A DNA stretch of 64,000 bases. Source: the human T2T-CHM13v2.0 reference genome, Homo sapiens. Under the pieces are notes generated by a model, which had not been told where the DNA came from, ran no database searches, and saw nothing but the letters and a program-made list of their open reading frames with translations. Both the position numbers and the translations under genes were made by a program. Positions 42,540 to 58,719 of this stretch are shown in pieces. The first letter of the stretch is position 1, and each line of letters opens with the position of its first letter. Where the stretch lies: the NCBI RefSeq assembly GCF_009914755.1, contig NC_060939.1; one strand, 5' to 3'.

Positions 42540-43300
42540 TTCAAAGCAAATTTGAGCCTTTTCCCTGACATTTTATATCCTTCCTTCCACAGCAGGTGCA
42601 GGAGGTCTTGGGTTCCTTGGAAGCAGTCCTCTCGTGTTGGGGCTGCTAGAAGAAGGTCATCTATGTAGTGAAGCAAGACACAGTCACTATTTGGTGCAGT
42701 GTAGGCTTTAAGGTCTGAGGCCAGTGCCTCTTCAAAGATTGTAGGAGAGTTTTTAAATTCCTGTGGGAGTCTTGTCCAAATGTACTGTGATTCACCTCAT
42801 TGAAAAGCAAAAATAGGCTGACTAATCGGTGCCAGCCAGAGACAGAAAAATGCATCTTTTAAGTCTAGGACTGTAAACCAGGCAGCACTTGCCAGAATAT
42901 GTCCCATTAAAGAATACAGGTTTGGCACCACTGGGTGCATGGTCACTTTGGCCTGGTTTACAGCATGCAAGTCCTGCACTGGCCTATATTCTCCAGACGC
43001 CTTCTGCACTGGCAAGAGAGGGGTGTTCCAGGATCACTCACATTTGACTATGATTCCATGCTTATGAAGCCACTCTAAGTGCTTGTGGACACCCCGTATG
43101 GCATCGGGGAGTAGTGGGTATTGGTGAACCTGAACTGGAGTTGCTCCCGGTTTTAACTCTACCACAACTGGTGCCTGATTTACAGCCAGTCCAAGTGGAT
43201 TACTTTCAGCCCAAACTCCAGGAATTTTAGTAAGCACCCCATGCATTTCATTTACCCCTGGTTCCAGAGTCTTTTTGCATATAGCCTCCATTCCTCAGCC
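42540..43300 (-). pseudogene. pol: Reverse transcriptase remnant (frameshifted, with stops)
   Basis: [41 protein letters not shown] and PGVWAESNPLGLA..VHQYPL. Confidence 0.9.
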
Positions 43301-44106
43301 TGTGGGACAGTAAGGGTTAATACCATAGTCTCCAGGTGAGCTAGGTTTAAAGTTACATTCCCTTGTGGCCCATATGTAATCTGTGCTTGCAGTTTTTGGA
43401 GGAGGTCTCTTTCTAGCAAGAGAACTGGGCAGTTTGGGAGGTATAGGAAGTCATGCTAAACTTCTCCTACTATCATGCACATCCTTGACTGACAGAAAGG
43501 CCCTTTCTCTGAGACTCTGGTGGCTCCTACAGTAGTTGCACAGTTCTTGGATAGTGGCCCTATAGGTCAGGTTACTACTGAGTGTTCAGCCTCGGTGTCT
43601 ACCATAAAGTCCATCAGCTGGCCTCCAACTTCTAATGTGACCATGGGCTCCTGGAGGCCCAATGAGAAGGAGCCCAGTCTGTCCTAGTCCTCATATCCTT
43701 CAGCCCCTGCCAACCCAATCAGGTCAGTGTCGGGTTTCTCCTGGGTGCGGTAGCCCTCGGCTGGTGACTTTCCCATACCACGGCCCTGGCCATTCTCTTT
43801 ATTATTATTCTCTGGACATTCATCCTTCCAGTGCCCTTTCCTTTTGTACCATGGACATTAATCTCTCTCTAGCCTCGGCCAGCTCTCAGATCTTTTTCCA
43901 TGCCTGTATAAATATAGGAATGAAATTATACCATGACACTTGGGGTGCAGTTGATGTAGTGTTTCTAGGATGTCTAAGTTCCACTGAATGGGGACGAGAA
44001 ATGGGATCCTTTCCACCATTAAAAAAGAATGTGTTGGTGCTGAGTAAGCTGATACAGAATGATCCTCAGAGTAGGCGGTGAAAGGCTAAGGGCAACACAG
44101 TGTACT

Positions 44107-44108
<2 letters not shown>

Positions 44109-44138
<30 letters not shown>
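44109..44138. repeat. (TG)15 microsatellite
   Basis: Read directly from the sequence. Confidence 0.97.
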
Positions 44139-44141
<3 letters not shown>

Positions 44142-45037
44142 AGGCAGCTTTATAATTGTACATATCATGTATCTGTACATAAAAAAAAACAAACCCTGCT
44201 AATGGTGTTACCTCTGCAAAGCGAGACCAGGGCCTGAAGAGGGAGGGAGACCCTCTTTTCCTTGTTTACTCTCTCACTGTTTCAGTTTTCACTATGTGCG
44301 TGACTTATTTTTATTAAAAGAAGATTAAATCCTGTTTGGACCCTCTTTAAGCAAGACTGACCAGAAGTCTTGTATCATCATATCCTTGAATTCTCCTGGG
44401 TTTGTCAAAGGCCCCCCCTAGGGACTTAGCCATCTGGAAAGGGGGTCTTGCAGCTTCTGGTCGCCATGACAGCTGTTGCTCCTAGTGATCGCAAGATGCA
44501 GGCCTAGGCTTCCCAGCTCTGTATGCAGCATCCCACCACCAACCTGGGTCCCAAATGTTGAGATAATGTCTCTCGCAGTGCCAGTGTGTTGGTGTCACAC
44601 TACGGTGTTACTTTAGGAAGAAAATACGTTCAGCACTCTGTGCTATACACTTAGGAAAAACAAATGTTCTTTACCTAAAAACATCTTCACCCTCTACCTT
44701 GCAGTACTGCCTTTATTCTCATTTCCCTCTGGGATAATCTGGCTTAACTGCCTCCAGTGGTCTCTAAACACAGTCTTGTTTAGAGGTTGTCTTCAGGGCT
44801 GGCCATTCTCACACCAGGGACCCTCCATGCCTACTCAGCTTCCTCTCTCAGACCCAGAAACAGAAAGAATTGTCTATTGCTCCTTAGGGGGTTGGAGAAT
44901 CCTTGTTGCCTCTAGGAAGAAAATCATGCCACCCTCCAATAGGTGAAGCTCTGGATAGCTTTTTTTCTTTCCTTGTGAGCCGACAGCAGCAATAAATGAC
45001 ATAAATTAATTTCTCAGTGAGTTATTACTATACATTA

Positions 45038-45436
<399 letters not shown>

Positions 45437-47746
45437 CTAAATTAGCTCTCTTGGGGAGGAGTGGACTGGAAAAGGGAACACTTGTGCTTGTGGTGGTACC
45501 TGAAGGTTGAGTAGGAATTCACCAGGTGAAGAAATGAGGAGAGCTATCAAAACTTGGTGCTAAATCCAAGGACCTGACTCTATCCAGAGATTGCCCAAAC
45601 TATACCAAGCTACAGCGGCCCCAATTCCTCTGCATCTCTAGGATTTAAAGAGTAGGTCCAGGTGAACTCAGAGTCTTTAGTGAGAGGATGCTCTTTTGGC
45701 AGCTGTCTGGGACTTGAGTGGTCAAGATGGAGGCTGTAATACGCCAGTGTGGACGGAATCACCAGATGCCCCATGCTTCTCCTGTGGAGCCAGTGTTCTG
45801 GGAACAGGCTGGGACTGCTGCTCTAAAGGAAGGCCTTGTCATTCATGCTGTGATTCCTGTGGGTGCCAATAATATGATTAGAGGAAGGAAAGGGAAGGAA
45901 GCAGAGGAAAAAGCAAAGAAAGGCAAGGCAAGTTGGGGAAAGGCGGGGAAAGGGAAGTCAGTTCTGCTTTGGTGAGGATCACAGGCCTTGGCTCACAGTG
46001 GGGACCAGAGACAGACGTGGAGGCTTACATTTCCTTCCTCTGAGATTCCCAAGGCCTGATAGTTCTTGGCATCTCTTAAAAACAAAAAGTAATCATATTT
46101 TTACTTCTTCCAGTACAAAGTCTGGATTTATAGCTACTCATCTTACGCCAAGGACTGATTCTTAGGAAGTTGGATTCAGACATAAGTTTACAGAGTTCCT
46201 GGGTCACCCAAGATTCTTTCCCCACCAAAGCCACAAAGCACTCCACCCTGCCTTTTTCCTCCTTATATTTCAGGGGCAGAGCTGAGCCTTGCATTCTTCA
46301 GTTACCTCCTCCGGTGGAGGGCAGTGGGAAGCACCTCCATTTCTCCATCTAGAAATGAAAGCTACCACCAGATCTTTTGCAGAAGAATATCTGCACACAC
46401 ATGTTTTGGAGGGTCAGTTAAAATTTTACCCACATGACTGAAAATGAATTTTAAGTGTTCAGAAGCCAATGGAATAAGGAATCTCCACATCTGTACTCAG
46501 ACCTATTTTCTGGGAGTCTCTAGACTTCTCCAAGCTCAAAGGTGGGATGCAGGAAGGAGGAGAGAAACAGAATTCTTTCTGCATCTGGGTTCCCACAGTA
46601 GCTGCCCTCACCCATTGCCTGTTGTGCCTCACATGTGCCAAGCTGAGTGGTGGTGCCCTCACCACGTGTGTCTCTGGTACCCAGAACAGAAAGTGAGACT
46701 CTTGTGCTAAGGATGCTGGAGGAGGATATGAGGGCACAGGGGCAGCCATGGAGGAGAGGCTCCTGCCCAACTCAGATCTCTGCCCCACACTCTATGGAGG
46801 ACAATTCCCTGCTGTCAGCAGCAGGACCCCTTCAGTAGGAGGGAGAAAGAAGGGGACAGGAACTACCACGTGTCCAGTGCAACCTGCTAGGGGCTGTACA
46901 TGTGATGTCTCAATGGAGCCTAACAACATTATGGGGATAGGTCTTAACAGGCCCTTTTTAGAGATAAGAAAAATGAAAAATAGGAAAGGAAGCACATTGG
47001 CCTCAGGCATTAAGGGATGAGCCAAAGCTGTCAATTCTGTGGGTGGTGGGGTGAGCTGGAGCCTCAGAACAATAACCCCCGGGGGGTCATTTAGGGTCAT
47101 GCACACTCAGCTATTTCTGCTTCAAGAAGACTAATTAGCATTCTTTTACTGGAACTTGAGGAACAAAGGAGGTGGTTGAGAAGAACCAAAACAACCTTCT
47201 GAATGAGTGAAAATGAGTTGAGTGTCTGTTATGGACTAGGTGCTTCCTCCTATGTTATTTCATTTAATCCTCACAACCAGGTGGTCAGGTGGGCGGAACA
47301 GACAGGACCCCCATGGCTGCAGGGAACTCAGGCTCAGAGAGGTCCATTTCACTGTCTCCCAGGTCCCATACCCATCATGGGGCCATGAACCATACTTGCT
47401 AAATAGCTCATTGTCCCACTGAGTTGCTCAAGGTCAGAACCACGTGTTAGTCACCATCTGCCCCAGTCCCTGGTCCAACGCCTGGCAGAGTAGATGGCCA
47501 GAACCTCTCTCTCTCTATTTTTCTCTCTCTCATGCTCTTTTATTTTCTCCACCTATATGCTCCTGTGTGCCAGGGTTACTCCCAGCTGCTAAGTGGGAAA
47601 ACAGCTCTTCTCCTTCAGCAGGAATTCATGCCTCAGTGGGTACCAGGATGAAAGCACTGTGCTAACAGTTTAGTACCAGATCAGCCACAAACCCGCTCTG
47701 CCTCAGTGTCCCCATCTGTGCCATAAAGCGATCTCCTAGAGAGTCT

Positions 47747-48687
<941 letters not shown>

Positions 48688-50095
48688 GCTTAGAGGTCTA
48701 TTCTGGGCATAAGGGCTCTTCCACCCTTTTATGGGTGGGGCTCCCGATGTATCCCAGGAGCAGGGCCTAAAGGAATTCCTTTCTACGAATGCATTACATT
48801 CAAAAGCTGTTCCACAGCCTCTGTCTCTGTGGTCCTTCCTGCTTTTCTACTTAAAAATAGTCCTTGCAGGGCTTTGACCAGATCAAAGAGACAGACACTG
48901 CTGGAACTTGTTGGCCAGAGGCTGTCCCTGTTAACTCGTGCCTGCTGGCTACAAGCAGGTTATGCTGGGTCCTGCAGGGAATAAGAATTGTAAGCACTGC
49001 GAGGGCTGGAAGCACGTCTTGCTTAATTATTGATTTATCCTTGGAATAGCAGAGAATATTTCTTAAATGAATGCATGAATGAAATTGTGAATGTGTGGAG
49101 GTGGTTCCTGCCTATCTAGAGCTGACCTGCTAGCTGGGGAGATGAGGTACACACACCACACATGTAAAGTATAATGATGACCCAAGGACCAAGTTACCAC
49201 ACAGAGCAAGGGCACAAGATGTTGATGACAGCACAGCATGTCAGGTCACATTTGTGTTGCAAATAGTAAAGTCTGCAGGAATTTATTGTAACTCAGGGCT
49301 GGAGGTAGCAGGAGGGGCCTCCAGGAGGAGGTGGGCTTTTAGCTGACTCTTGAGTGCTGAGAACCCTCAGAGGCATCCCACAGGAGAGGCAGTTGCTGCA
49401 AAGGCTCTATTCTGGGAGTGAGCAAGGCAAGTTCAAACAGAGGCTGTGTCTCTGCCATAGGAAGAAGGGAGCCTGAGCAGGTGCTAGTGGGGCTGAGTGT
49501 TGTGGTCCAGGCTGGGCCCCTCAGCTCACTCTGTGAGCTGACTCAGTGACTCACCCACTCTGTCTCCAGTTTCTCTGTCTGACAGATGGAGCCTCAGAAT
49601 ATCTACCTGCTTGGGGTCTGGTTGGGATTTCCTGGGATGTGTTTGCATATACGCATTTTGCAACTGAGAGCTGTCTTCTTACTCAGGGGATTGCTCACCA
49701 TGACCCCAGAGCTCCCTGCAGAACCTCCTCCCAAAGCAGACAGAATTTTTGCCATCTCCGTATTTTCCTCAAGATGAGGGATGGTGATCCAGGGAACAGG
49801 AAACTGACCGGAACCAAAGCAGTAGCTGCTGAGGGAGCTGCTACTGCCAGCCAAGCTCTCAGGGGATACAAGAGAAAGAAGACATGTTCCAGGCTTCCAG
49901 GGCTTAAACAAACAAGATAAGAAGAAACTGATGAAAACTTAATTTCCTCTGAAATCTTGTGTATAAGTTCAAAATAATAATAGAACTTGTCTGGAATGAT
50001 CTTAGAGAATCTTACCTGCTCTGATTTCCACGAGAAGGTCATTTGAGGGGGCAGGGGTAGGCCACATTTCATCTCATTAGAATAAACTCCAGTTA

Positions 50096-50827
<732 letters not shown>

Positions 50828-50885
50828 CTAGCCCACTTCATTCACCTAATAGCAATTGTGTGGCTACTATAGCCCAGCAACTATT

Positions 50886-51288
50886 TGTTAAAAGAAAGCC
50901 TTAGATGAATTAAATTTAACAGAGCTTAATTGAGCAAAGAACAATTCGTGAATTAGGCAGCCCCAGGGCCAGAATACAACTAGAGAGACTCTGGCGCTGC
51001 TGTGTGGTTGAAGACTTATAGACAGAATAAAGAGCATGAGGTTCAGAAAACAGAAATGAGGTACGGAAACAGCTGGATTGGTTATAACTGGGGGTTTGCT
51101 TTTCTTGAACAAAATTTGAACAGTTAGCCACCTTTGATTGGCTGAAACTCGGTTATAGTTGGCCATTGGCCAAGAATAGGTTATAGTTTGTTCACACATT
51201 CAGTTAGGTTGCAGTTTACTATGTATGGAGAAACCTTTAGGGCCAAACTTAAAATAGGTAAGGAGGCAGCTTTAGGCTAAACTTAACA
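50886..51288 (-). mobile_element. MER57 (B-like) 3' LTR
   Basis: Minus strand TGTTAAGTTTAGCCTAAAGCTGCCTCCTTAC...TTCTTTTAACA with an adjacent PPT-like GGGGGGAAT. Confidence 0.88.
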
Positions 51289-54078
51289 ATTCCCCCCACA
51301 AAATTGAGACATTGACCAAAATTTCAGGCATTGATATCACTTCGTTGCCATCATAAATGTATTTACTTCGTCTCAAATCCCACTGGGAAATAATCAGAAC
51401 AGTGTGTTCTCTAAGGCGAGTAAGGATTAGAGTAGAGGACACTTCCTTGTGCTGGAATCTCCTATTTACTGGAGAAAAACAAAATTTGATCTGTTTTAGG
51501 ATGTATTAAAGTTTCAGTTTGATTATTTTGCATTTAGCATGAATGACTCCATTTTGTTTTGGTCTTGTCAGCTGGGGCCTAGTTCACAAAATCAATTCGA
51601 AAGAATGGCCTCCCTTTGGTTAAGTTCTCAATTAAGTGAGAGTATAACTAACAGGTCTTTAACACCACTCTCAGGTATCACCATTTTGGGTTTTTGGTCT
51701 CAGCACATTATTTATAGATTACGGTGTCCTTATGATAACACATTTATTTGAATTTTTGTTGGTCCAGTTGAAGAGAGATAATTTGAATCTTTACAGATGG
51801 CTGTATGCAAACATTTAAAACTTTTGAGAGAATACAGTGCACCAGGGAGGTTACCATTATGACTATCAAGAGGATAATATCAAGAGTTTAGAATGTGCTC
51901 CGTAACCAGGGTCTCCATGAATGAAACCAACTAAAATTAAATAGATTAAATAACAAGCTAGATAAAGAGTCTACTTGTTTTAACCAAGCAGCCTTTTCAT
52001 TAATCCCTTACAATTGAATTTCCATAATACTTGATGTATTCCTCCATGTGTAACAAGAAGTATCAGCAACTGCACAGATACTTTTCTGTTTAGCAAGGAG
52101 GTAATCTAAAGTGATACTTTTCTGTTTAGCAAGGAGGTAATCTAGAGTGAGTCTATTATTCAGCACAACTTTAGCAAGAGAATTTAAAGTCTACTGTGTA
52201 ACCATAGGCTTTATAGCAGAATATGCTATAGAGCCTATTTACGAGGGAGAAATTTTGAATTATTGTCTCATTTACTCCAAACCATGGAAAAAGAGACTTA
52301 ACAAGTCTTGTCCATCTAGAAGAGTGAAGGCCTCCAAACAATGTTCTCTTTAACCTATGCTGGCAATGTTCTCTTTAACCCATGATGTAGGTTAAGAGGA
52401 GTGGATCAGTGTTCTGTTTCTGACTATGAATCACCAAAGTATCATTAAAATTTGTTTACCCACATTGGCCCTTTGTCTTCTGTCTACCAGGGCATAAGGC
52501 TATCGTAAAATCCCTTGCAAAGAAAAGTATACCCCATGAGTGAACACAAGAGATCCCCTTTTTAGTTCTGTTGTTCATAGAGAGATAAGCAAGGAAAAAA
52601 ATGAGAGACGATAGTCTTGTGATAGCAGAGAAGCCTTGATCCATGATCTTGGGAAAAGGCTGTTGACGTCTAGGATGCTATCTGCTTCTAGTGAGAAGCT
52701 GGTTAGCTTTATCTTAATGTCTTCAATGGGTGTATAGTTCCAAGAGTCTGGACAGGCCCTTCTGAGCTGTGAAACTATGAACCCAAAGGTTAAGGTCCTG
52801 AGTTTTTTTGCAGTGTGGGTAGGGCAGTCTTTCTCTGATGTCATTTTTCAGAAGATCCAATCTCTCTATGAAAGATCCAATCTTTAACATAAAGATTAAA
52901 TAAAGAGACAAGCTGAGGAGTTAGAGAGTGAGTGAGATTGTGAATGGTTTGATTGTCCATGTTTTCTGAGGACCATGAAAAGCTTCTTTTATCTGGTGAA
53001 AATACACTTTGGCACAATGTAATAAAGCCTTGCAGCATTTAGTCATATCAGAGTTTAGTAGCAGAAGATACATGAAATTCTATTACTAGGTGCATAGGCA
53101 TTACAGTGACTATTCCACTGGAAGTGGATCTGATTGTCATGAATCCACAATACTTTTGACCAAGGCAATCCAGTCAATTCAGTTGGCTTTGCCTAATGCT
53201 ATTGTGTCAGTAATACCTTATTTAACTATTATACAACTTGTTCAGTAAAGCAAGTACCTCTATCACTGGAGATTTGTCCAGGAATACCCCATAAGGAAAA
53301 CACATTTCCTAATAACCTTTTAGCTACTGTTTATATATCATCCCTCTTGCATAGGAAAGCTTTTACATAACCAGAAAACATGCATTGAAACTGATGAATG
53401 AAATCCCTCTATAAATGTTTAAATGGCCAATCAGGTAAATATATATATACATATATGTTTCATTTGGATTATTTTGTCTCTTCCGTGATGAGTCATGGAA
53501 TGCAGAACTTTTAATAATGGAAGCTTTAGGGACTCAGGAAGGACCAGGCAGCTGTCCAGGCTCTCCATTAGTCCATGCTTAATGTTAGACTTATATCCTC
53601 TTAAATACCAATTTTGTTTCTACAATTTAGGTGCATAGCACTGTTTATTAGATGAGTTATCATAAGTAATTTGGCTTGGACCATGGAGTTTATTTAAATT
53701 GCATATCTAAACTTTAGTACTGGTTGATTTAACATGAAAATCTGGAAGAGTGTTTTCTTGGTATTCAATTAATTCTTGTCCTGCTTGCATTAGCAGTTTT
53801 ATAAGCCAGCTCCTTTCTTGGAGTTCTGGGAATTCTTACCCAGTCCAAATGATATGATCCTAAAATGACCAAAAACCAGTATTTAAGAGTGCTTTTCAGT
53901 GTCCTTCTCATCCTTTTTATGAACCTCCTTGAAGACACAATGATCTAGGATTTTACTTTGCTTGTGAAGAGTTTACAGAAACTGCATCAGAATTAAGCAA
54001 TTAACTATAAAAGTGATTTAAAATGGTCATAGTGAAAGATACAATAGACAAAGAAATTTGGTCATTTTTGTGACCTAC

Positions 54079-54641
54079 TGTTAGAAATACCAAAATTGTT
54101 AGAAATAGATAATCGGTGCCACAAAGAAAAGTCAGCACAGAGACCAAAGATCTCTCAGCAAGGCCATCTTTACTTTCTGCAGAAACGTTGCTTAATCACA
54201 GATGGAAAAATGGCAAGAGCACACTTGAACAAAGGAAAAGCAGACATATTTATCCCTTATGCATTTGGGTTGTCCTTACTGCTTTGTCCTGCATCCATTG
54301 GCTAGAGCGGGACCTCACAGTCTTAAACTGATACCCGATTTGCTAATAGCCTAAAACTTTCCTAAATAGGTAAGTGCAAGGAAGAGCAAAGAAGTTGCTT
54401 ACAAAAGGTTTAAGGAAGCAGTAACATTTCCATATAAGGAAGGGGCATAGGCTGTGAGCTTGAATGTGCCTGTGAGCATGTCCAACAGTTACATAGGATA
54501 GGGCTTAACAAAGAGTTATTAGCACAAAGCAAGGAGGCTTGAAGAAAGTTAATCTTTAAAAGAAACTATTGTTTCTAACACTTATGATTTATTCTTTAAC
54601 AAGAAGGGGAACTTTGAAGAGGAAATTTTTTACTTTTTATA
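54079..54641 (-). mobile_element. LTR10 solo LTR (LTR10D/E-like, HERV-IP10)
   Basis: Minus strand starts TATAAAAAGTAAAAAATTTCCTCTTCAAAGTT; 5-bp TSD CCTAC (54074-54078, 54642-54646). Confidence 0.85.
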
Positions 54642-56185
54642 CCTACAATAATTTAATATAACCATAATTATAAGTGATAGAATATACCCAGATATATCAG
54701 ATTTTTAGGAATCCCATACAATTTTGTAACATATATTAATAACATATTTATAAAAATCTATTTTGAAGAAGGTTAAACATCATTTCTTATTTGACAATGC
54801 CTCCCCTGGAATTTAATATACTAATTAATCCTGTTTATCTCTTTGTTGGATGCTGCGGGGGCTCTCTGTAGCATCACAAAGTTAGTTTGAGGCCAAAAAA
54901 ATACTTAATTTTAAATTTTAAATTTGATTTGGGAAATCTATCAAATATATAAAAGGTTTAAAACAATCAAAATAGGATCACAGGTCACTATTAAATAATA
55001 GTTATTTATTTAGCCAAAGTGATAATTCAAAGATTTTACAAAGCAAAAACTTTTTAATAGAGAGGAGACTCAGTTTTCCAATCAAAGAAAAACAGCATGA
55101 GTCAGAATATTTCTTTTCTTCTCTCCACTCTCCCTCTCTTTTTTTCAGTTTATAAAAAAGGTGAACAAAAATATTTTACTGTGACTTATTAATACTACAT
55201 GAAATTTTTGTTTAAAAGAGAAAACTGAATTTTACTTTTGTATTTATGTATTATTAACACTAAAGTTAATTTTAATAAACCTTATAAATAAATCTATCTA
55301 ATCTTAGTTAGCTTTTGACCACAACAGATTTTTATAAACCTTTTATAATCTCTTATGATTTTTAAAATATTTTCTCTTCTCAATTCTTTGCATTAGCTAG
55401 TGTTATCTATTTTTTAAATTTGAAACAACTTTTAAGTAACTTTTAAACCAGAAAATATTATTGTTTTAACAAATATATTTTATGCCTTTATAACTTTTTA
55501 TCAAAACCACGTCTTTCTGTTGTTTATACACTCTGTATAAAAAATTGTTTTTCTCATATCTAGTGGTTCTGATTACATATATTTTCAATAATTTTAACTC
55601 TTAGTAACCCTAATTTCTAGTGAAAATTCTAGGAAGTAATTTTGAACTGTCTTATATCAGTATTTGTAGATGAAAACCATTTTATAATTTTTTAGAAAGG
55701 TGTTTCTTCAAATTACTCTTTATTACATTTAAATATATTTAGCTTTTTAATACCATATAAAAATAAGATGCCAAAGTATATAAACTTATGTTTAATTAAT
55801 ATTTTGGTATTTTAACCTTAAAATGACTCAGATACTTTATAATGATCTATTATCTAACATAATATAATTTAATATTTTAAGTTTTTGAAAGTAATTTTGG
55901 AACTATAACACAGGTACCCTCCCTAATGTCTTTTTTAGTCATCCTGGGTCTCAAGTAGCTACACAGCACCCAGGATGGCTATAAAGAGGAGGGCCTGAGT
56001 CCTGAATTTATATGCCAGGTATAGAGTTCAAGACAGAAGACATTGCTGTGAAGATGGTGCCTGGAGGATCAAACCCCTCTCAGAATAGCCAGGAGGTAAA
56101 GCTGGGGCAGAGAAGAAGGGGCCATATTAGGCTTGATTCTGCCTCATAGCTGCTAGTCTAGGCACTGAGAACATGTTCCCAGGCC

Positions 56186-56664
56186 TGTTAGATATGAGTT
56201 CTAAATTTCTTTTCAGAGAATTAATATGTCAATATGTTAAATTCTTTGCCTTCTACTTTTAAACTTAACTTCCTCATAAAGCAATCTTTTTCAATCACCT
56301 ACTCCACCCTGACTCATTCCAATCACCTGCTCCACCCTAACTCATTCTGATTATCTGCTACCTGCTCTGCCCTGACTCCTGCCAAAGCACTCACCCCATC
56401 ATTCTCTTTAAATTAGCCAATCGGAATTAGTTTAGCCTGTGCAGTCTAACCCTAGCCAATAGGGGAACAACACAGCAGCAGGGGTCATGTGCATCAGGGA
56501 TAAGAACCCCTTCCCCTCCCTTGTCTGAGTGTGCACTCACCATTTTTCCATCTGTAAGGGCGCACCTTTCTATATAGAAGTACCTTGCCTTGCTGAGAAT
56601 TAAAAAGAAAATTTTATATTTGAGTGCTATTCCTTTTGTGGCTCCAAAACTTTATATATAAACA
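56186..56664 (+). mobile_element. LTR10 solo LTR (LTR10A/F-like)
   Basis: TGTTAGATATGAGTTCTAAATTTCTTTTC start; CCACCCTGACTCATT repeat units; flanked by (A)GGCC TSD. Confidence 0.88.
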
Positions 56665-57526
56665 GGCCTCACCATGATGACCTATTCAGAATCCAGGTGT
56701 TTAAAACTCAAAATATAAGCTCAAAGTCAAATCAAACAAATATCAAAAATATTACAGAAGCAGTAGTATTATGACCTTAAAACATGTAACAAAGGCAGCA
56801 TAAGCCTGTCTGACCAGTAAACCCAGGCAAAAATGTCTGAATTATATTTAACTGATAATTTTGGAGCCATTTCTATTTTACTAACATTTAAAATCTAGCT
56901 TTATTTATCAAATATTATCATATACACATGCCACATAGTGACATATAGTCATACAAACACAAACAGAAGCAGATCTTATAGTTTTTATAAGTAATTCTTA
57001 CTTGCCAGCTTTTAGTTTTTGTCCCCATTTAGACTGTTAATCTTTTAATTACTTGTTTTATTGCCCTAAGCAATTGTTAGCTATGCAACAATTTGCCTTT
57101 TAAAAAGATGACTCAACAGGTTAAACAAGGTAGAAAATGTATATCTCAAAAGAATAGAGCTAAGACCTGTTCTTAGCTCTGTTTGGGCCTAAATATTGTA
57201 CCATCATTTGCTTAAACCAAGGAAAAAAGGTTGCATGTAAAGGCCCAGTTAAGACAAGATGGCCAGGATAGGCGCCGTAACAAAGACCTGTCATGTAAAT
57301 TTCAAACAATGGTAACAGTTTCTAGTGACCCAGGCCTCCCTCTCAGACACCTTTACAAATGGAAATTTCCTTCATAGATTTAAATTTCTCCTATAAAAGT
57401 GTTTACAGATAGCCAGTTAAATGCCAGAAATATGTATTTTAGTTCAATAGGTGATCTTTTAAACTTAGCTGTTGTTAGCTAAAATTACTGAGTTTAGGGT
57501 GGAGTCCATTAAGAAATAGGGCATAG

Positions 57527-57925
<399 letters not shown>

Positions 57926-58029
57926 TAGTTTCTTTTTTTTTTCACCTTCAGCTGTTTCAGAATTCTTGGAAAGCTATTTGGCTATGTCAAAAGGCTTCAG
58001 AAAGTTAATACTTCCTGGTTTTGTTGTAT

Positions 58030-58250
58030 TAATACATTGTGCAACCATCACTACCATCTATCTTCAGAACTTTTTTCGTCTTGCAAAACTGAAACTGTAT
58101 GATTAAGCCGTAACTCCCCATTCCCCTCTTCCCTCGGCCTCTGGTAAGCACCATTCTACTTTCTGTGTCTATGAATTTGACTCCTCCAGGTACCTCATGT
58201 AATTGGAATCATACAATATCTTTTCGTGACTGGCTGTTTCACTTCAGTGC
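58030..58250 (-). mobile_element. L1MB-like 3' fragment
   Basis: GTGCAACCATCACTACCATCTATCTTCAGAAC..CCATTCTACTTTCTGTGTCTATGAATTTGAC. Confidence 0.75.
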
Positions 58251-58719
58251 TGCCCATCTTATAAGTTCTTATTATTTTTTTAATGCATGTTTTTCTTTCC
58301 TTTCTTTTTTGAGGATTCTAAACATGCTTAAAGTCTATGATTTTCACTTCTTAAAGTATGAGTTCTTCTCCCTATTTTTGGTTTGATTGGCTGTCTTTCT
58401 TAGCATTCTTGATATTCTTTTTCAGATCTTTTGGAATGCCAGCTTACTGGTTCACCTTGAATGGTAATTGTGTGAGTGCATGTGTGGGTATGCATGCGTG
58501 CATGTGTGTGTGGAGGCATGTGCATGTTAGTGTTCAGTCCTCATCTAAAAGTTTTGCGGTAGCTTTCACCCCACTTCCTGGGCTCCCTAGTTCAATTCTG
58601 GCTTTGTATTGGTGTCTCAAGGCTCCTGTCCATGGAAATCCTGAGGCTATTGTGGGTCCAATCACCAAGGAGCAGTTGGCCTAGTCTACTTCTTCACTAT
58701 CAGGCTTTGTGAATTTCTT

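Larger units (their letters stand above)
40885..43886 (-). mobile_element. ERV3/HERV-R-like internal region, 5'-truncated and internally deleted
   Basis: On minus, in order: gag zinc knuckle CPWYKRKGHWKDECP (~43810-43860), protease, RT, integrase and env leader. Confidence 0.9.
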
